Origin: Escherichia phage N2
Length of the DNA stretch: 64,000 nucleotides
Sequence record: ON645936.1
Strand: one strand, 5' to 3'
Shown here: piece after piece, positions 19,922 to 28,616 of the stretch
Numbering within the stretch: position 1 is the stretch's first letter
Layout of the letters: each line of letters starts with the position of its first letter
Translations under genes and position numbers: made by a program
The notes under the pieces: generated by a model
What the model saw: only the letters and a program-made list of their open reading frames with translations
Told to the model about the DNA's origin: nothing
Databases searched by the model: none

Positions 19922-20641
19922 TTAGGATTCTTCTAAATGTCTTTTCTGAAAAGTTGATACCATACTACGATACGGTTCATTTGGATATCCGTGTTTTATA
20001 GCTTCCTTTGTAAATTTTCTCCATCCATATTTAGTTTCTTTCCAAAGCTCGAATAATTCATCTTCATACTGCCATATAGTTAAATGAGAACGCTTTGCAG
20101 CTTTAATTCCATTAATATGCTTTTCTTTTACTGCAGGATTGCTTAGTTTCTTTTTAATAATATTACTAACTTTTCTAACAAAAACTGGGTCCTTATATCG
20201 TTGCGAAGTTTTTATTGAAGTGTTTAATTTAGCTTCCGGCGTGGATGTAACCTCTTTCATCTTTTTCTTCATATGCTGTATATGATTAGGATTTTTCCAT
20301 AAATTTATAGAATGCTTTTTGCATTTTATCCTAGTTTCATCTGCAACCTTTCCTCCTTCACCCCCGTATGACAGGTTAACACAGTTTTTTCCATATTTCA
20401 ATTTACCTGCCATGATATATAATATTTCAGCTTGTACCATTTTATCATAATTATCAAAAACTTCTAAAACCGTTTTTGATAATATGTGGTCATTTGACAC
20501 TTTTACACGTTCTATATAATTTCCACTACCAACATACGAATCATTGATGTTATTAGTTATATGTCGACCATAATAGTATTTCTTAATACCTGTCTTTAAA
20601 TTTAATATTTCAGTTTTATAGATAGTAAAATATTTTTTCAT
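19922..20641 (-). CDS. GIY-YIG homing endonuclease (Seg-like)
   Basis: 239 aa; YFTIYKTEIL...YYGRH...YVGSG GIY-YIG-like N-terminus and basic C-terminus; 4-nt overlap with the upstream ATPase. Confidence 0.6.
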   Translation of the reverse strand: MKKYFTIYKTEILNLKTGIKKYYYGRHITNNINDSYVGSGNYIERVKVSNDHILSKTVLEVFDNYDKMVQAEILYIMAGKLKYGKNCVNLSYGGEGGKVADETRIKCKKHSINLWKNPNHIQHMKKKMKEVTSTPEAKLNTSIKTSQRYKDPVFVRKVSNIIKKKLSNPAVKEKHINGIKAAKRSHLTIWQYEDELFELWKETKYGWRKFTKEAIKHGYPNEPYRSMVSTFQKRHLEES

Positions 20642-21618
20642 TTTAATAATACCGTTTCAGCAATTTCTTCCCAATGATTTTTGTCGGTCATAATAAAGTC
20701 AGCAAGATAAAGAGCAGTACGCAGTGAAACATTGCGTAAACGATTAACATTGACTTTCATCCATGATAATGCTTTATAAGTTTCTTCATCAGAAAGACCG
20801 CGCTTTTGCATCATGTCGGTTGAAAGAATAACATCTTCAACCCTGACCATAATTTCTTCATTAGTGTGAACACCCAAATCCAAATAAACTGAGCGGGACA
20901 CTAATGCCTGTAAATGTGGAGCAAGTTTAGTACCACGGTCTAATTCGCGGTCAATGTCAACGTTTGTGATAAAAACAATCGTTCCTTTAAATTCAAACTC
21001 ACGCTCAATGCCTTTTTCTTCTAAGTAAGAAGATGCAGTGCTCCAGCAGACTTTACGGGTTTCTCCGGTGTCCAGAGCGGCTTTTAGAAGATTAAGAATG
21101 TCCATATCAGAGAAAACATCCACATCATCAATCAAAAGGACAGAATTCTCTTCACGATTATTCCAAAGCTGTTCATAAAGACCAATACCAGAGATTTTAC
21201 CATTAATGCTTTTATATTCAATGTATCCAATATCATTTGCTTTATTTAAAGCTTTATCTAAAGAATACGTTTTACCAATACCTGCTGCGCCAGAGATAAT
21301 TAATGAACGAATATTTCCATTAATAATACCGTTCGTCATCATTCCCATAACATTAAATCTTTTATTAATGCGGGTTTTCATATCTTCATATGATTCTTTA
21401 ACTTCTTCAACTTTTACACCATCATATGAAATATCTGATTTGTAAACCCAAACACCGCGACGTTTACCGTCAATTTCAACAAAAACTTTACCATCTCCTT
21501 GTGCATCTACCGGAGCATTATCTGGGAACCATTCGCCTAAGAGCTCAAAAGTTCCAGAGATTTCTTTACCAAAGTAGATACCCTTATTGATAGTTACAGT
21601 TTTCATTTTATTCTCCAA
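20638..21618 (-). CDS. AAA+/P-loop ATPase
   Basis: 326 aa; Walker A GAAGIGKT, Walker B VLLIDDVD, sensor-like TIVFITN. Confidence 0.6.
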   Translation of the reverse strand: MENKMKTVTINKGIYFGKEISGTFELLGEWFPDNAPVDAQGDGKVFVEIDGKRRGVWVYKSDISYDGVKVEEVKESYEDMKTRINKRFNVMGMMTNGIINGNIRSLIISGAAGIGKTYSLDKALNKANDIGYIEYKSINGKISGIGLYEQLWNNREENSVLLIDDVDVFSDMDILNLLKAALDTGETRKVCWSTASSYLEEKGIEREFEFKGTIVFITNVDIDRELDRGTKLAPHLQALVSRSVYLDLGVHTNEEIMVRVEDVILSTDMMQKRGLSDEETYKALSWMKVNVNRLRNVSLRTALYLADFIMTDKNHWEEIAETVLLK

Positions 21619-21642
21619 ATCTGTATCAGTAGTTGATAGTTG

Positions 21643-21673
21643 TATAGTACCATAAAGCTTTATGCTTGTAAAC
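21643..21673 (-). promoter_or_regulatory. T4-type early promoter
   Basis: GTTTAC-N18-TACTATA on minus strand, upstream of ATPase gene. Confidence 0.5.
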
Positions 21674-21702
21674 TGTTTTGTGAAAAAATTTTTGAAATAA
21701 AA

Positions 21703-21724
21703 AGGGGACCTTTAGGGCCCCTTT
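21703..21724 (-). terminator. GC stem-loop followed by U-tract
   Basis: GGGG...CCCC hairpin then T-run on minus strand after the 21733 gene. Confidence 0.4.
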
Positions 21725-21732
21725 GTGTTGAT

Positions 21733-22218
21733 TTATTCCATTTCTACTATATGCATGTTCTTTTTGCTATCAAAATATATGTTTTTAACTATTAACTCAG
21801 AATTAATTGGCAGTAAAAACTCTCTTTCATAATCTACCATACAAAGATTATCATAAAGCTTGTTAAGCTTATCATCGTCAGTTTGGCCAGATTCTTCAAT
21901 TGCGATTAAATTTTCTAAAATGTCAATCATGGCAGTCGAATAGTCGAAAACGTTTGCATTTTTTAACACTACTAAAACATTAGTCATATAGCGTTCTGCC
22001 GCAAACGTTTCAGCTATATGAGACTCACTGCTAAAGGAAGTTATTCTTTTAAATTTGATTCTCCTATTAACTTCAAACTTATAAGATAGCACTTCCTCTA
22101 TTGTAAGTCCTCTAAAAAGTATGTCTTTAATCTCAAGTTTGTCTTTAATGTAATCATTAACACGCTTATGATTAAAATCATTAATTTTGTTGCCAAGGCA
22201 TTGCATTAAAATATGCAT
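21733..22218 (-). CDS. candidate ADP-ribosyltransferase (R-S-E class)
   Basis: 161 aa; ordered motifs F-R-G (res ~35), S-F-S-S (~61), E-R-E-F-L-L-P (~131) match the ART signature aromatic-R / S-T-S / ExE-hydrophobic-LLP. Confidence 0.45.
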   Translation of the reverse strand: MHILMQCLGNKINDFNHKRVNDYIKDKLEIKDILFRGLTIEEVLSYKFEVNRRIKFKRITSFSSESHIAETFAAERYMTNVLVVLKNANVFDYSTAMIDILENLIAIEESGQTDDDKLNKLYDNLCMVDYEREFLLPINSELIVKNIYFDSKKNMHIVEME

Positions 22219-22264
22219 TGTATTCTCCTCAATTTTTAAAGAGCAATTAATTAACTACACATAT

Positions 22265-22294
22265 ATTATAATATGCTTTGTGATAGAAGTAAAC
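22265..22294 (-). promoter_or_regulatory. T4-type early promoter (GTTTAC-N18-TATAAT)
   Basis: canonical -35/-10 on minus strand upstream of 21733-22218. Confidence 0.55.
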
Positions 22295-22323
22295 AACTTT
22301 GTGACGTCATTTTAAACAAAAAA

Positions 22324-22341
22324 AGGGAGCCCGAAGGCTCC
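22324..22341 (-). terminator. rho-independent terminator (GGGAGCC-UUCG-GGCUCCC + U-tract)
   Basis: 7-bp GC stem, UUCG loop, followed by Ts on minus strand; directly after the 22345 stop. Confidence 0.6.
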
Positions 22342-22344
22342 CTA

Positions 22345-23358
22345 TCATTTATAATAACTTCGGTAGTTTTCAAGATAAACCCTCTCAAGGAAGTCATCCC
22401 AAAAACCCATGTCTACTTTTTGCTGCATACCGTTCTTAGAAGCTTCAATGGATGCTGCTTCTACTTGATCGACCACATCTTCCAAAAACTCTTGAACAGT
22501 TTTAAATGGGTGTTTACCCAGCTTCACGTCGAGAATAAATGGAGCGTCTTGAAGTGGATAAACCAAGTCACCAGTTTTGTAAATTTCCAATAGTTGGAGT
22601 CCACCACGACAAGCATGACTTAGAGCTTTCCAGTCAATGCCCTCATTCGCTTCAGCCTTACGAGCACGTTCGCCATATTCAGCATCAAGTTTATTCAAAG
22701 ACTGCTTAAGCTCAATAAGAGAAAGTGTTGTCTGATATTTACGACCCAACACGGTATAGAACATTTGCGGGCCTGTTTTCTCATGGTTATGGAATACCCA
22801 TTCACAGAACTCGTTTTCAGGGAGTCTGTGTTTGATATCTTCTACCTTAGTACGACGAAGTCTATCAGGGATTCCTTCTTGATAGTCGACCCACTGGTCA
22901 GGGATTTGATTAACTACTTTCAATACATCACGTAATGCGGCCAAACGAGAACCCTTGACACCGTATTTAGAAGCTTGCTTGCGGACATATCCTAAATAGG
23001 ATTTCATGTTAGTTGTATAAAACCGTGAACGATTGTCTTGGATAAATTTCCATACATCAGGCAAATCAGATTTAACCACTAGTTCAGGCGGAGTGTGAAG
23101 CATATCCAATGCTACAGTTTCACCATCTGCTGCTAATTTAAAGAAATACTTAAGACTGTACAGTTCATGGTCAATATCATCTTTGGTGTTTTTAGATGAT
23201 GTGTTGTTAGTGTTTTTACTCATATGCTCTTTAACATTTCCGATAAGAATATCGCGAGCAGGAGGAACAAAGATTTCTTTAAAATCTACATCAGATTCTG
23301 GAGTAGAAGTTCCATAAAGATGACTACCAAAATAGCTTTTCATTACTGTTTTCATCAT
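22345..23358 (-). CDS. Pol-beta superfamily nucleotidyltransferase (Cid1/PAP/OAS/CD-NTase-like motif)
   Basis: 337 aa; N-terminal FGSHLYGTSTPESDVDF fits hG[GS]-x10-DhD; downstream LDMLH could supply the third acidic residue. Confidence 0.55.
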   Translation of the reverse strand: MMKTVMKSYFGSHLYGTSTPESDVDFKEIFVPPARDILIGNVKEHMSKNTNNTSSKNTKDDIDHELYSLKYFFKLAADGETVALDMLHTPPELVVKSDLPDVWKFIQDNRSRFYTTNMKSYLGYVRKQASKYGVKGSRLAALRDVLKVVNQIPDQWVDYQEGIPDRLRRTKVEDIKHRLPENEFCEWVFHNHEKTGPQMFYTVLGRKYQTTLSLIELKQSLNKLDAEYGERARKAEANEGIDWKALSHACRGGLQLLEIYKTGDLVYPLQDAPFILDVKLGKHPFKTVQEFLEDVVDQVEAASIEASKNGMQQKVDMGFWDDFLERVYLENYRSYYK

Positions 23359-23816
23359 TCAGCCTTATATTCAATAACAGGACATACTTTAGCTTTACGC
23401 GCTTTTAAAAATTCGACGATAATAGATTTCTTGGGTTGAATAGGAGGTAAACCTTTATACGCCCTATCAATATTTTCTACATGTAAAGCATAATCCTTTT
23501 TCCATTTATAATCTTTATATTTTTCATGCAATTGTGCAGGAATAACAAATGAACCGATAATAAGTAAAACAAGCAAAATGGCAAGTATAAATGCTGCTGG
23601 AATAAGAGTCCATAAACTACCAAAAATAAGCCATTTCTGTATGATTTCTGCACAGATGATAGTTAGACCTGCGAGTATAGTACATCCGAAAAAAGAAACG
23701 AAAAATGTAGGAATAACAATAGACCAAAAATACGCGCATAGTGTCTTAGGTCGTTTCCATTCATCATTAAACATTTTGAATAATTTATAGTGCCAAGAGC
23801 TTTCATTAATAATCAT
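23355..23816 (-). CDS. small 2-TM membrane protein, translationally coupled to the nucleotidyltransferase
   Basis: 153 aa; two long hydrophobic helices (res ~27-48, ~57-90); stop overlaps NTase start (ATGA). Confidence 0.5.
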   Translation of the reverse strand: MIINESSWHYKLFKMFNDEWKRPKTLCAYFWSIVIPTFFVSFFGCTILAGLTIICAEIIQKWLIFGSLWTLIPAAFILAILLVLLIIGSFVIPAQLHEKYKDYKWKKDYALHVENIDRAYKGLPPIQPKKSIIVEFLKARKAKVCPVIEYKAE

Positions 23817-23818
23817 AA

Positions 23819-24340
23819 TTATCCTTTCATTGAAGGTGTAACAGTTGTTAAATACTTAATCATAGCTTCAGCTTCTGATTTTGATAATGAAATTTCTCCA
23901 TTGTTTTGACGAATAGAAATAAAATCCGGATGACGGTCACCACCAGCTTTCAAAACACACATATAAGTATCAGTTTCATCTTCAATATTTGAAATGATTG
24001 AAGCAGTTCCACATGAATGTGGTTTTTGATAAATCAATGCAGCTTTTCTTCCACCGTTTGACTGTTCATAAACTTTTAACACATCAAACAAATCACTTCT
24101 TTTATCAATAGCTAAGATGTTGTTTTCATCTTCAATGTTAAATCCTTCGGATACTTCATAAAGTGTCACCCATAAATCGCCTATATCGATAGTAGCATTT
24201 CCTTTTCCACAACTTTCAAGAGCATGACAAATTTTCTTGATTTCGTCATAACTCATTTTAATAATATCATCTCCTTGAATAAGGAAGATGTCATTTTTAA
24301 ATTCAACATGAATTAAACCACTTTCACTTGAAATAAACAT
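23819..24340 (-). CDS. hypothetical protein, paralog of 24347-24904
   Basis: 173 aa; C-terminus SKSEAEAMIKYLTTVTPSM aligns with DEAIALKTYLDSVIPTM of the neighbour. Confidence 0.5.
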   Translation of the reverse strand: MFISSESGLIHVEFKNDIFLIQGDDIIKMSYDEIKKICHALESCGKGNATIDIGDLWVTLYEVSEGFNIEDENNILAIDKRSDLFDVLKVYEQSNGGRKAALIYQKPHSCGTASIISNIEDETDTYMCVLKAGGDRHPDFISIRQNNGEISLSKSEAEAMIKYLTTVTPSMKG

Positions 24341-24346
24341 ATTTCC

Positions 24347-24904
24347 TCACTTTGAAATCATAGTTGGAATGACAGAATCAAGATAAGTCTTTAGCGCAAT
24401 AGCTTCGTCTTTGGTAAATGTGACAATATGTGATCGAAAATCATCAATTTGACGAATAGTTAAGACATCTCCCTCTTCATAACATTTTGATACATTTAAA
24501 AGAGTTTCATCATTCTGATTGCAATCGTTAGTAATAATAGCATTGCAATTTTTGAGCCATTTTAAACTATGTTTTCTTTCATTAGAATAATAAAAATATT
24601 TAATCTTATCTATAAAACTATCCCAATGAATAACTGATAAACACATTGACTCACTTTTAATATTAAATCCTGGGCATGAAGAATAAAAATGAATTTTGTG
24701 CTCATCATTGATGCTTACTATTTTATCAGTATAAGGATATTCAATTTGGATTAAATGAATGATTTCACTAGGCGTAAAATATAGCATATCGTCTTCTTGC
24801 GTCAAACGATACATATTATTTACTTTTTCTATAGCCAATTCACCAAAAAGCGGACTAACTTCTAATACTAATCGTTTCATATTGATTCTCTTCGACTCAC
24901 TCAC
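24347..24904 (-). CDS. hypothetical protein, paralog of 23819-24340
   Basis: 185 aa; GTG start with AAAGGAG upstream. Confidence 0.5.
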   Translation of the reverse strand: MSESKRINMKRLVLEVSPLFGELAIEKVNNMYRLTQEDDMLYFTPSEIIHLIQIEYPYTDKIVSINDEHKIHFYSSCPGFNIKSESMCLSVIHWDSFIDKIKYFYYSNERKHSLKWLKNCNAIITNDCNQNDETLLNVSKCYEEGDVLTIRQIDDFRSHIVTFTKDEAIALKTYLDSVIPTMISK

Positions 24905-25234
24905 AATTACATACTCCTTTGAATAATATCAATAATGTTGTTCACTAGATTATAAGTAAACATTGGGTAATTATATTGAATCATCACATACACAGCAAAC
25001 AAAACTTTCATTCTCTTCTCCTTGGCAGTTGGCAAGATTACTATACCATAACCTTGCCAACTTGTAAACCATTAAATGACGTTTTCAATAAAATTCTGGA
25101 GTTTTGTGTGAGCATCAACCATGATTTTCATTTCTTCCTTTGCGAAAGCTATGCCTCTTTCCCGAGAAGAACACTCATAGTCAGAAACTGCATTAGCATA
25201 TTCTTCAATTAGCTTCATTAAAAACATCTGCTTT

Positions 25235-25429
25235 TCAGTTTTCATTATTCCACCTAATCATTTCAAGATATTGAACTAACTTAGCTTTAGATTTATCCAA
25301 ATCCTTTTTAGCTGCTGCTATACCTTCGTATGAATATCCTTCACAGTGCTCAACTGCTAATTGATATGAATCTATTTCAATATCACGTGCTAATTTAATG
25401 ATTTTTTCAAACTGTTCACGTGTCAGCAT
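25235..25429 (-). CDS. hypothetical protein
   Basis: 64-aa ORF. Confidence 0.4.
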   Translation of the reverse strand: MLTREQFEKIIKLARDIEIDSYQLAVEHCEGYSYEGIAAAKKDLDKSKAKLVQYLEMIRWNNEN

Positions 25430-25431
25430 AC

Positions 25432-25614
25432 TTAAACTCTCGTATTATGATCGATAATTTCATCAAGAAACATATCTAAAGCTTCTAAAGCATTATCAAC
25501 TTTAGCTTCAAATTCTTCAATACTTGATAAGGCAAAGTTAATGCGTTCCTCATCTGCTTTGCGAATTAAAGCTACCAATTCTTTAATTTTATCTGCTTGT
25601 TCGATACTAATCAT
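25432..25614 (-). CDS. hypothetical protein
   Basis: ORF 25432-25650; probable start MISIEQ at 25614. Confidence 0.35.
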   Translation of the reverse strand: MISIEQADKIKELVALIRKADEERINFALSSIEEFEAKVDNALEALDMFLDEIIDHNTRV

Positions 25615-25802
25615 TATTCCACCACATATGAAAGAGAGAACATTGCACACGCCATATGAGTTGCAGCTTCATCACACATATCATAACGTTTCTTAAGAAG
25701 TTCTACAAGTTCTTCACTAGTAACTTCATCCATGTCGACGAAAAAATCACCATTAATGATAACGTAGATATTTCCTTCTTGATTAAGTGCTTCAATTTTC
25801 AT
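25614..25802 (-). CDS. hypothetical protein
   Basis: ORF 25614-25847; GAGGAG Shine-Dalgarno precedes ATG at 25802; longer ORF would overlap the promoter. Confidence 0.4.
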   Translation of the reverse strand: MKIEALNQEGNIYVIINGDFFVDMDEVTSEELVELLKKRYDMCDEAATHMACAMFSLSYVVE

Positions 25803-25829
25803 GATGTTCTCCTCTTTATCCGATAGTTG

Positions 25830-25860
25830 TATAGTACCACGGCTCAAACGAAAAGTAAAC
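25830..25860 (-). promoter_or_regulatory. T4-type early promoter
   Basis: GTTTAC-N18-TACTATA on minus strand. Confidence 0.5.
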
Positions 25861-25875
25861 CGGTAAAATGAAAAA

Positions 25876-25893
25876 AGTCTCCCGAAGGAGACT
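25876..25893 (-). terminator. rho-independent terminator (GUCUCC-UUCG-GGAGAC + U-tract)
   Basis: perfect stem, UUCG loop, TTTTTT downstream on minus strand. Confidence 0.55.
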
Positions 25894-25897
25894 AATG

Positions 25898-26284
25898 TTA
25901 TTCGAGGGAAAGAAGATATTTACTCTGGTAAAACATTCCAGTAATATCATCTATCGTGCTTTGGATGGCTGGAGGCATTTCTTTATAAATGCTGTTAGAT
26001 TGGTCTAGTATGCGATCAATCATTTTAATTGTGTCGGTAGGAAGTTTACTGGCATCTGGAATTGAAGGCGTGTATTTTCTACCAGAATACCCCAAATACT
26101 GCTCACCAAATTTATCAATCAAATCTGGCAACTCAGAGAAAATAAAATCGTATGCTTTGTGTCTAGCATAACTTTTAGTTTCAAAATGTGCAGAATGAAA
26201 ATAAGCTTGTGCAGCCATTAATAAACCTAAGTATTCATCTGCCTTTGAAGGTTTTCCACTTTGTGAAAAGTCGCTGAATTTCAT
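25898..26284 (-). CDS. hypothetical protein (rI.-1 position)
   Basis: 128-aa ORF immediately downstream of rI. Confidence 0.5.
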   Translation of the reverse strand: MKFSDFSQSGKPSKADEYLGLLMAAQAYFHSAHFETKSYARHKAYDFIFSELPDLIDKFGEQYLGYSGRKYTPSIPDASKLPTDTIKMIDRILDQSNSIYKEMPPAIQSTIDDITGMFYQSKYLLSLE

Positions 26285-26574
26285 TCAGTCTCCAATTTAA
26301 TGTTCATAATTCTAGCGTATGATTGTGCCATCTCCGCGCCTCGCTCTATACATTCAAAATCGGAAGAGCACGGGTCATTTTTATAAGTCGTTCGCATAAA
26401 ACTATAGAACTGTTCAGATGATTCTACGCTTTTATTTTCAAAAAGCATATAAACATGTCTAATACCAGATTCCATAAATTTATCAAAATGAGGATCGACA
26501 TTTGCTTCAATTGGTGGAGATAAAGCAAACGCTAATCCTAGCATGGCAAATAGTGCCGTTGCTTTTAAGGCCAT
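26281..26574 (-). CDS. rI: lysis-inhibition regulator RI (secreted/periplasmic)
   Basis: 97 aa; signal peptide MALKATALFAMLGLAFALSPPIEA; recognised as T4 RI. Confidence 0.85.
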   Translation of the reverse strand: MALKATALFAMLGLAFALSPPIEANVDPHFDKFMESGIRHVYMLFENKSVESSEQFYSFMRTTYKNDPCSSDFECIERGAEMAQSYARIMNIKLETE

Positions 26575-26586
26575 AAAGGCCTCCTA

Positions 26587-26799
26587 TCATTTTTGTCCTG
26601 TATTTACTTTATGCCGGTGCACGGCCTTAACTTTATCAAGGTATTTTTCAAAATTTCGCAATCTAGTATAGTCTGCCGGAGATTGGTTGAGTGATACTTC
26701 TCGACGCAAAGCTGAAATGATATTTCCAACTTCCCTACGAATTTCATCTAATTGAAGAACAGTAAGATTGCGAAGTTGCTTTTCAGTTAATTGTAGCAT
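26587..26799 (-). CDS. hypothetical protein (rI.1 position)
   Basis: 70-aa ORF. Confidence 0.45.
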
Positions 26800-26841
26800 A
26801 TATACCCCTTTAGTTAGATAAACCTATTTATAACTTTTACA

Positions 26842-27423
26842 CTAACCGAGCTTTTTAGTTAATTCATTCCAGTGTTTTCTACACAAAGAAACATAAATTT
26901 CATCACCAATACAGATTTGATTACCTTCTTTAACTGGTGTTCCATCTTCCATTAATCGAGCTGTCATAATAGCTTTTTTACCACAATGACAAACTGCTTT
27001 TAGTTCAATAAGTTTATCTGCAATCGCCAAAAGTTCTTTAGAACCTTCAAATAATTTTCCAGCGAAATCAGTCCTTAGACCATAAGCCATAACAGGAACA
27101 TTATATGTATCAACAATTCGGCTTAATTGATGCACCTGTTCAGTTTTTAAAAACTGGGCTTCATCTACAAATACACAATGAATATCTTTTTGTGCTTCAG
27201 CCCATTTATAGAACTCAAAAATATCCATATCATCCGTAATAATATTCGCTTCCTGTTTAATTCCAATGCGAGAAACGACTTCACAGACAGAATCGCGAGT
27301 ATCAATAGCAGGCTTAAGAACTAATACACCCATTCCGCGTTCTTTATAATTATGCGCAGCAGTCAAAAGAGAAGCAGATTTTCCAGCATTCATTGCTGCA
27401 TACGTAAAAATTAAACTCGCCAT
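26842..27423 (-). CDS. tk: thymidine kinase
   Basis: 193 aa; P-loop AAMNAGKS and C-terminal Cys zinc site; matches T4 Tk. Confidence 0.9.
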   Translation of the reverse strand: MASLIFTYAAMNAGKSASLLTAAHNYKERGMGVLVLKPAIDTRDSVCEVVSRIGIKQEANIITDDMDIFEFYKWAEAQKDIHCVFVDEAQFLKTEQVHQLSRIVDTYNVPVMAYGLRTDFAGKLFEGSKELLAIADKLIELKAVCHCGKKAIMTARLMEDGTPVKEGNQICIGDEIYVSLCRKHWNELTKKLG

Positions 27424-27432
27424 ATCACCTTC

Positions 27433-27639
27433 TTAAAGCGTATTCACATAAGCTATTAATTCATTTTCTTTCTTATCAAACCGATCAGCAAATTCTTCCT
27501 GTTGTTCGGGAGATAGCGGGCCGTATTCATCATAAAAGGTGTTTGCTTCTGTATGCTCATCTAGAAGTTCATGGATAAGCTCAAACAATTTATCTTTTTG
27601 TTCTTTACTCAGACTCATAACCATTGCACCTTTAAGCAA
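27433..27639 (-). CDS. hypothetical protein
   Basis: 68-aa acidic ORF. Confidence 0.4.
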   Translation of the reverse strand: MLKGAMVMSLSKEQKDKLFELIHELLDEHTEANTFYDEYGPLSPEQQEEFADRFDKKENELIAYVNTL

Positions 27640-27827
27640 TATTCTTCTACATGCTGTTTACGTTTATTTTTATCTATAAAAGTATATTCAACATATTCAC
27701 CGATATACCATTTATCAGTGTTGTGTTGACTTTTTATAGGACATTTGGTTACTCGAGTTTCGGTCCAGCGTCGAATAATTTCCGCTTTGTTTTTAGGGTC
27801 AAACGGATGCGGGTAATGTGCTTTCAT
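27615..27827 (-). CDS. hypothetical protein
   Basis: 70-aa ORF. Confidence 0.4.
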   Translation of the reverse strand: MKAHYPHPFDPKNKAEIIRRWTETRVTKCPIKSQHNTDKWYIGEYVEYTFIDKNKRKQHVEEYCLKVQWL

Positions 27828-28278
27828 AATCCACCACTATTAAATCAATATCAGGAGTAAACATGTCGATTAATTTAGAAACCTTATCCCAATCGCCGCC
27901 AGCAATACCACAACCTATGCGTGGAATATAAATTACTGGTTTAAACAAAAGGGTCTCTGCCTGTAGATTTAATTCTATCATGCAGTTTACTAAAGCACCA
28001 TAATCAAGATTAGGACCTGGTTCGTATTGCGTATACAGGTTATAGCATATACCAAATCCTGTAGGATTATGTTTAAAAACAATAGACATATCGCCTAATT
28101 TATCACGAGAACCGTACTCAGTAGTGGTTTTATCTATTTCTAAAATTTTAGGATAGGCCCTTGCTAATTGACCTGCTACACCTGAACCCATAGTATGAAA
28201 ACAATTGCACCCGTGCGCAATAATATTACCTTGAAGAAATAGGGCGACAATATCGCCCTTGATATATTTTACAATCAT
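27799..28278 (-). CDS. macro-domain protein (ADP-ribose binding / hydrolase fold)
   Basis: 159 aa; GDIVAL, NIIAHGCNC, MGSGVAGQL and IPRIGCGIAGGDW match macro-domain signature regions. Confidence 0.65.
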   Translation of the reverse strand: MIVKYIKGDIVALFLQGNIIAHGCNCFHTMGSGVAGQLARAYPKILEIDKTTTEYGSRDKLGDMSIVFKHNPTGFGICYNLYTQYEPGPNLDYGALVNCMIELNLQAETLLFKPVIYIPRIGCGIAGGDWDKVSKLIDMFTPDIDLIVVDYESTLPASV

Positions 28279-28616
28279 CTAGTACTCAATCCTCGATTAT
28301 AAGAATCTACCAAACGGTCAACCATTGAATGACAAGCGGCTTTATCTTTCTCCTCCGCAACTGAACATTCTAAGGTATTCCACTTTTTAGCATATCGTTT
28401 TAATAAAGTATCATTTTTGTATCTGCTTGATTTATCTCTTTCTCCGTCTTTATATGCATATATTAATTTCTGCGCAAATTCAGCTTGGCATGCTTTATTT
28501 TTCCCACAATAATCCGCGGCAGTACGGTTTACATACTCTCTAATTTCAGTGTATGATGTATTTGCTAACACAGAAAATGAAATTAATCCTACACATAAAA
28601 CCAAAATTTTAGTCAT
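28275..28616 (-). CDS. secreted hypothetical protein (vs position)
   Basis: 113 aa with N-terminal signal peptide and several Cys. Confidence 0.45.
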   Translation of the reverse strand: MTKILVLCVGLISFSVLANTSYTEIREYVNRTAADYCGKNKACQAEFAQKLIYAYKDGERDKSSRYKNDTLLKRYAKKWNTLECSVAEEKDKAACHSMVDRLVDSYNRGLSTR

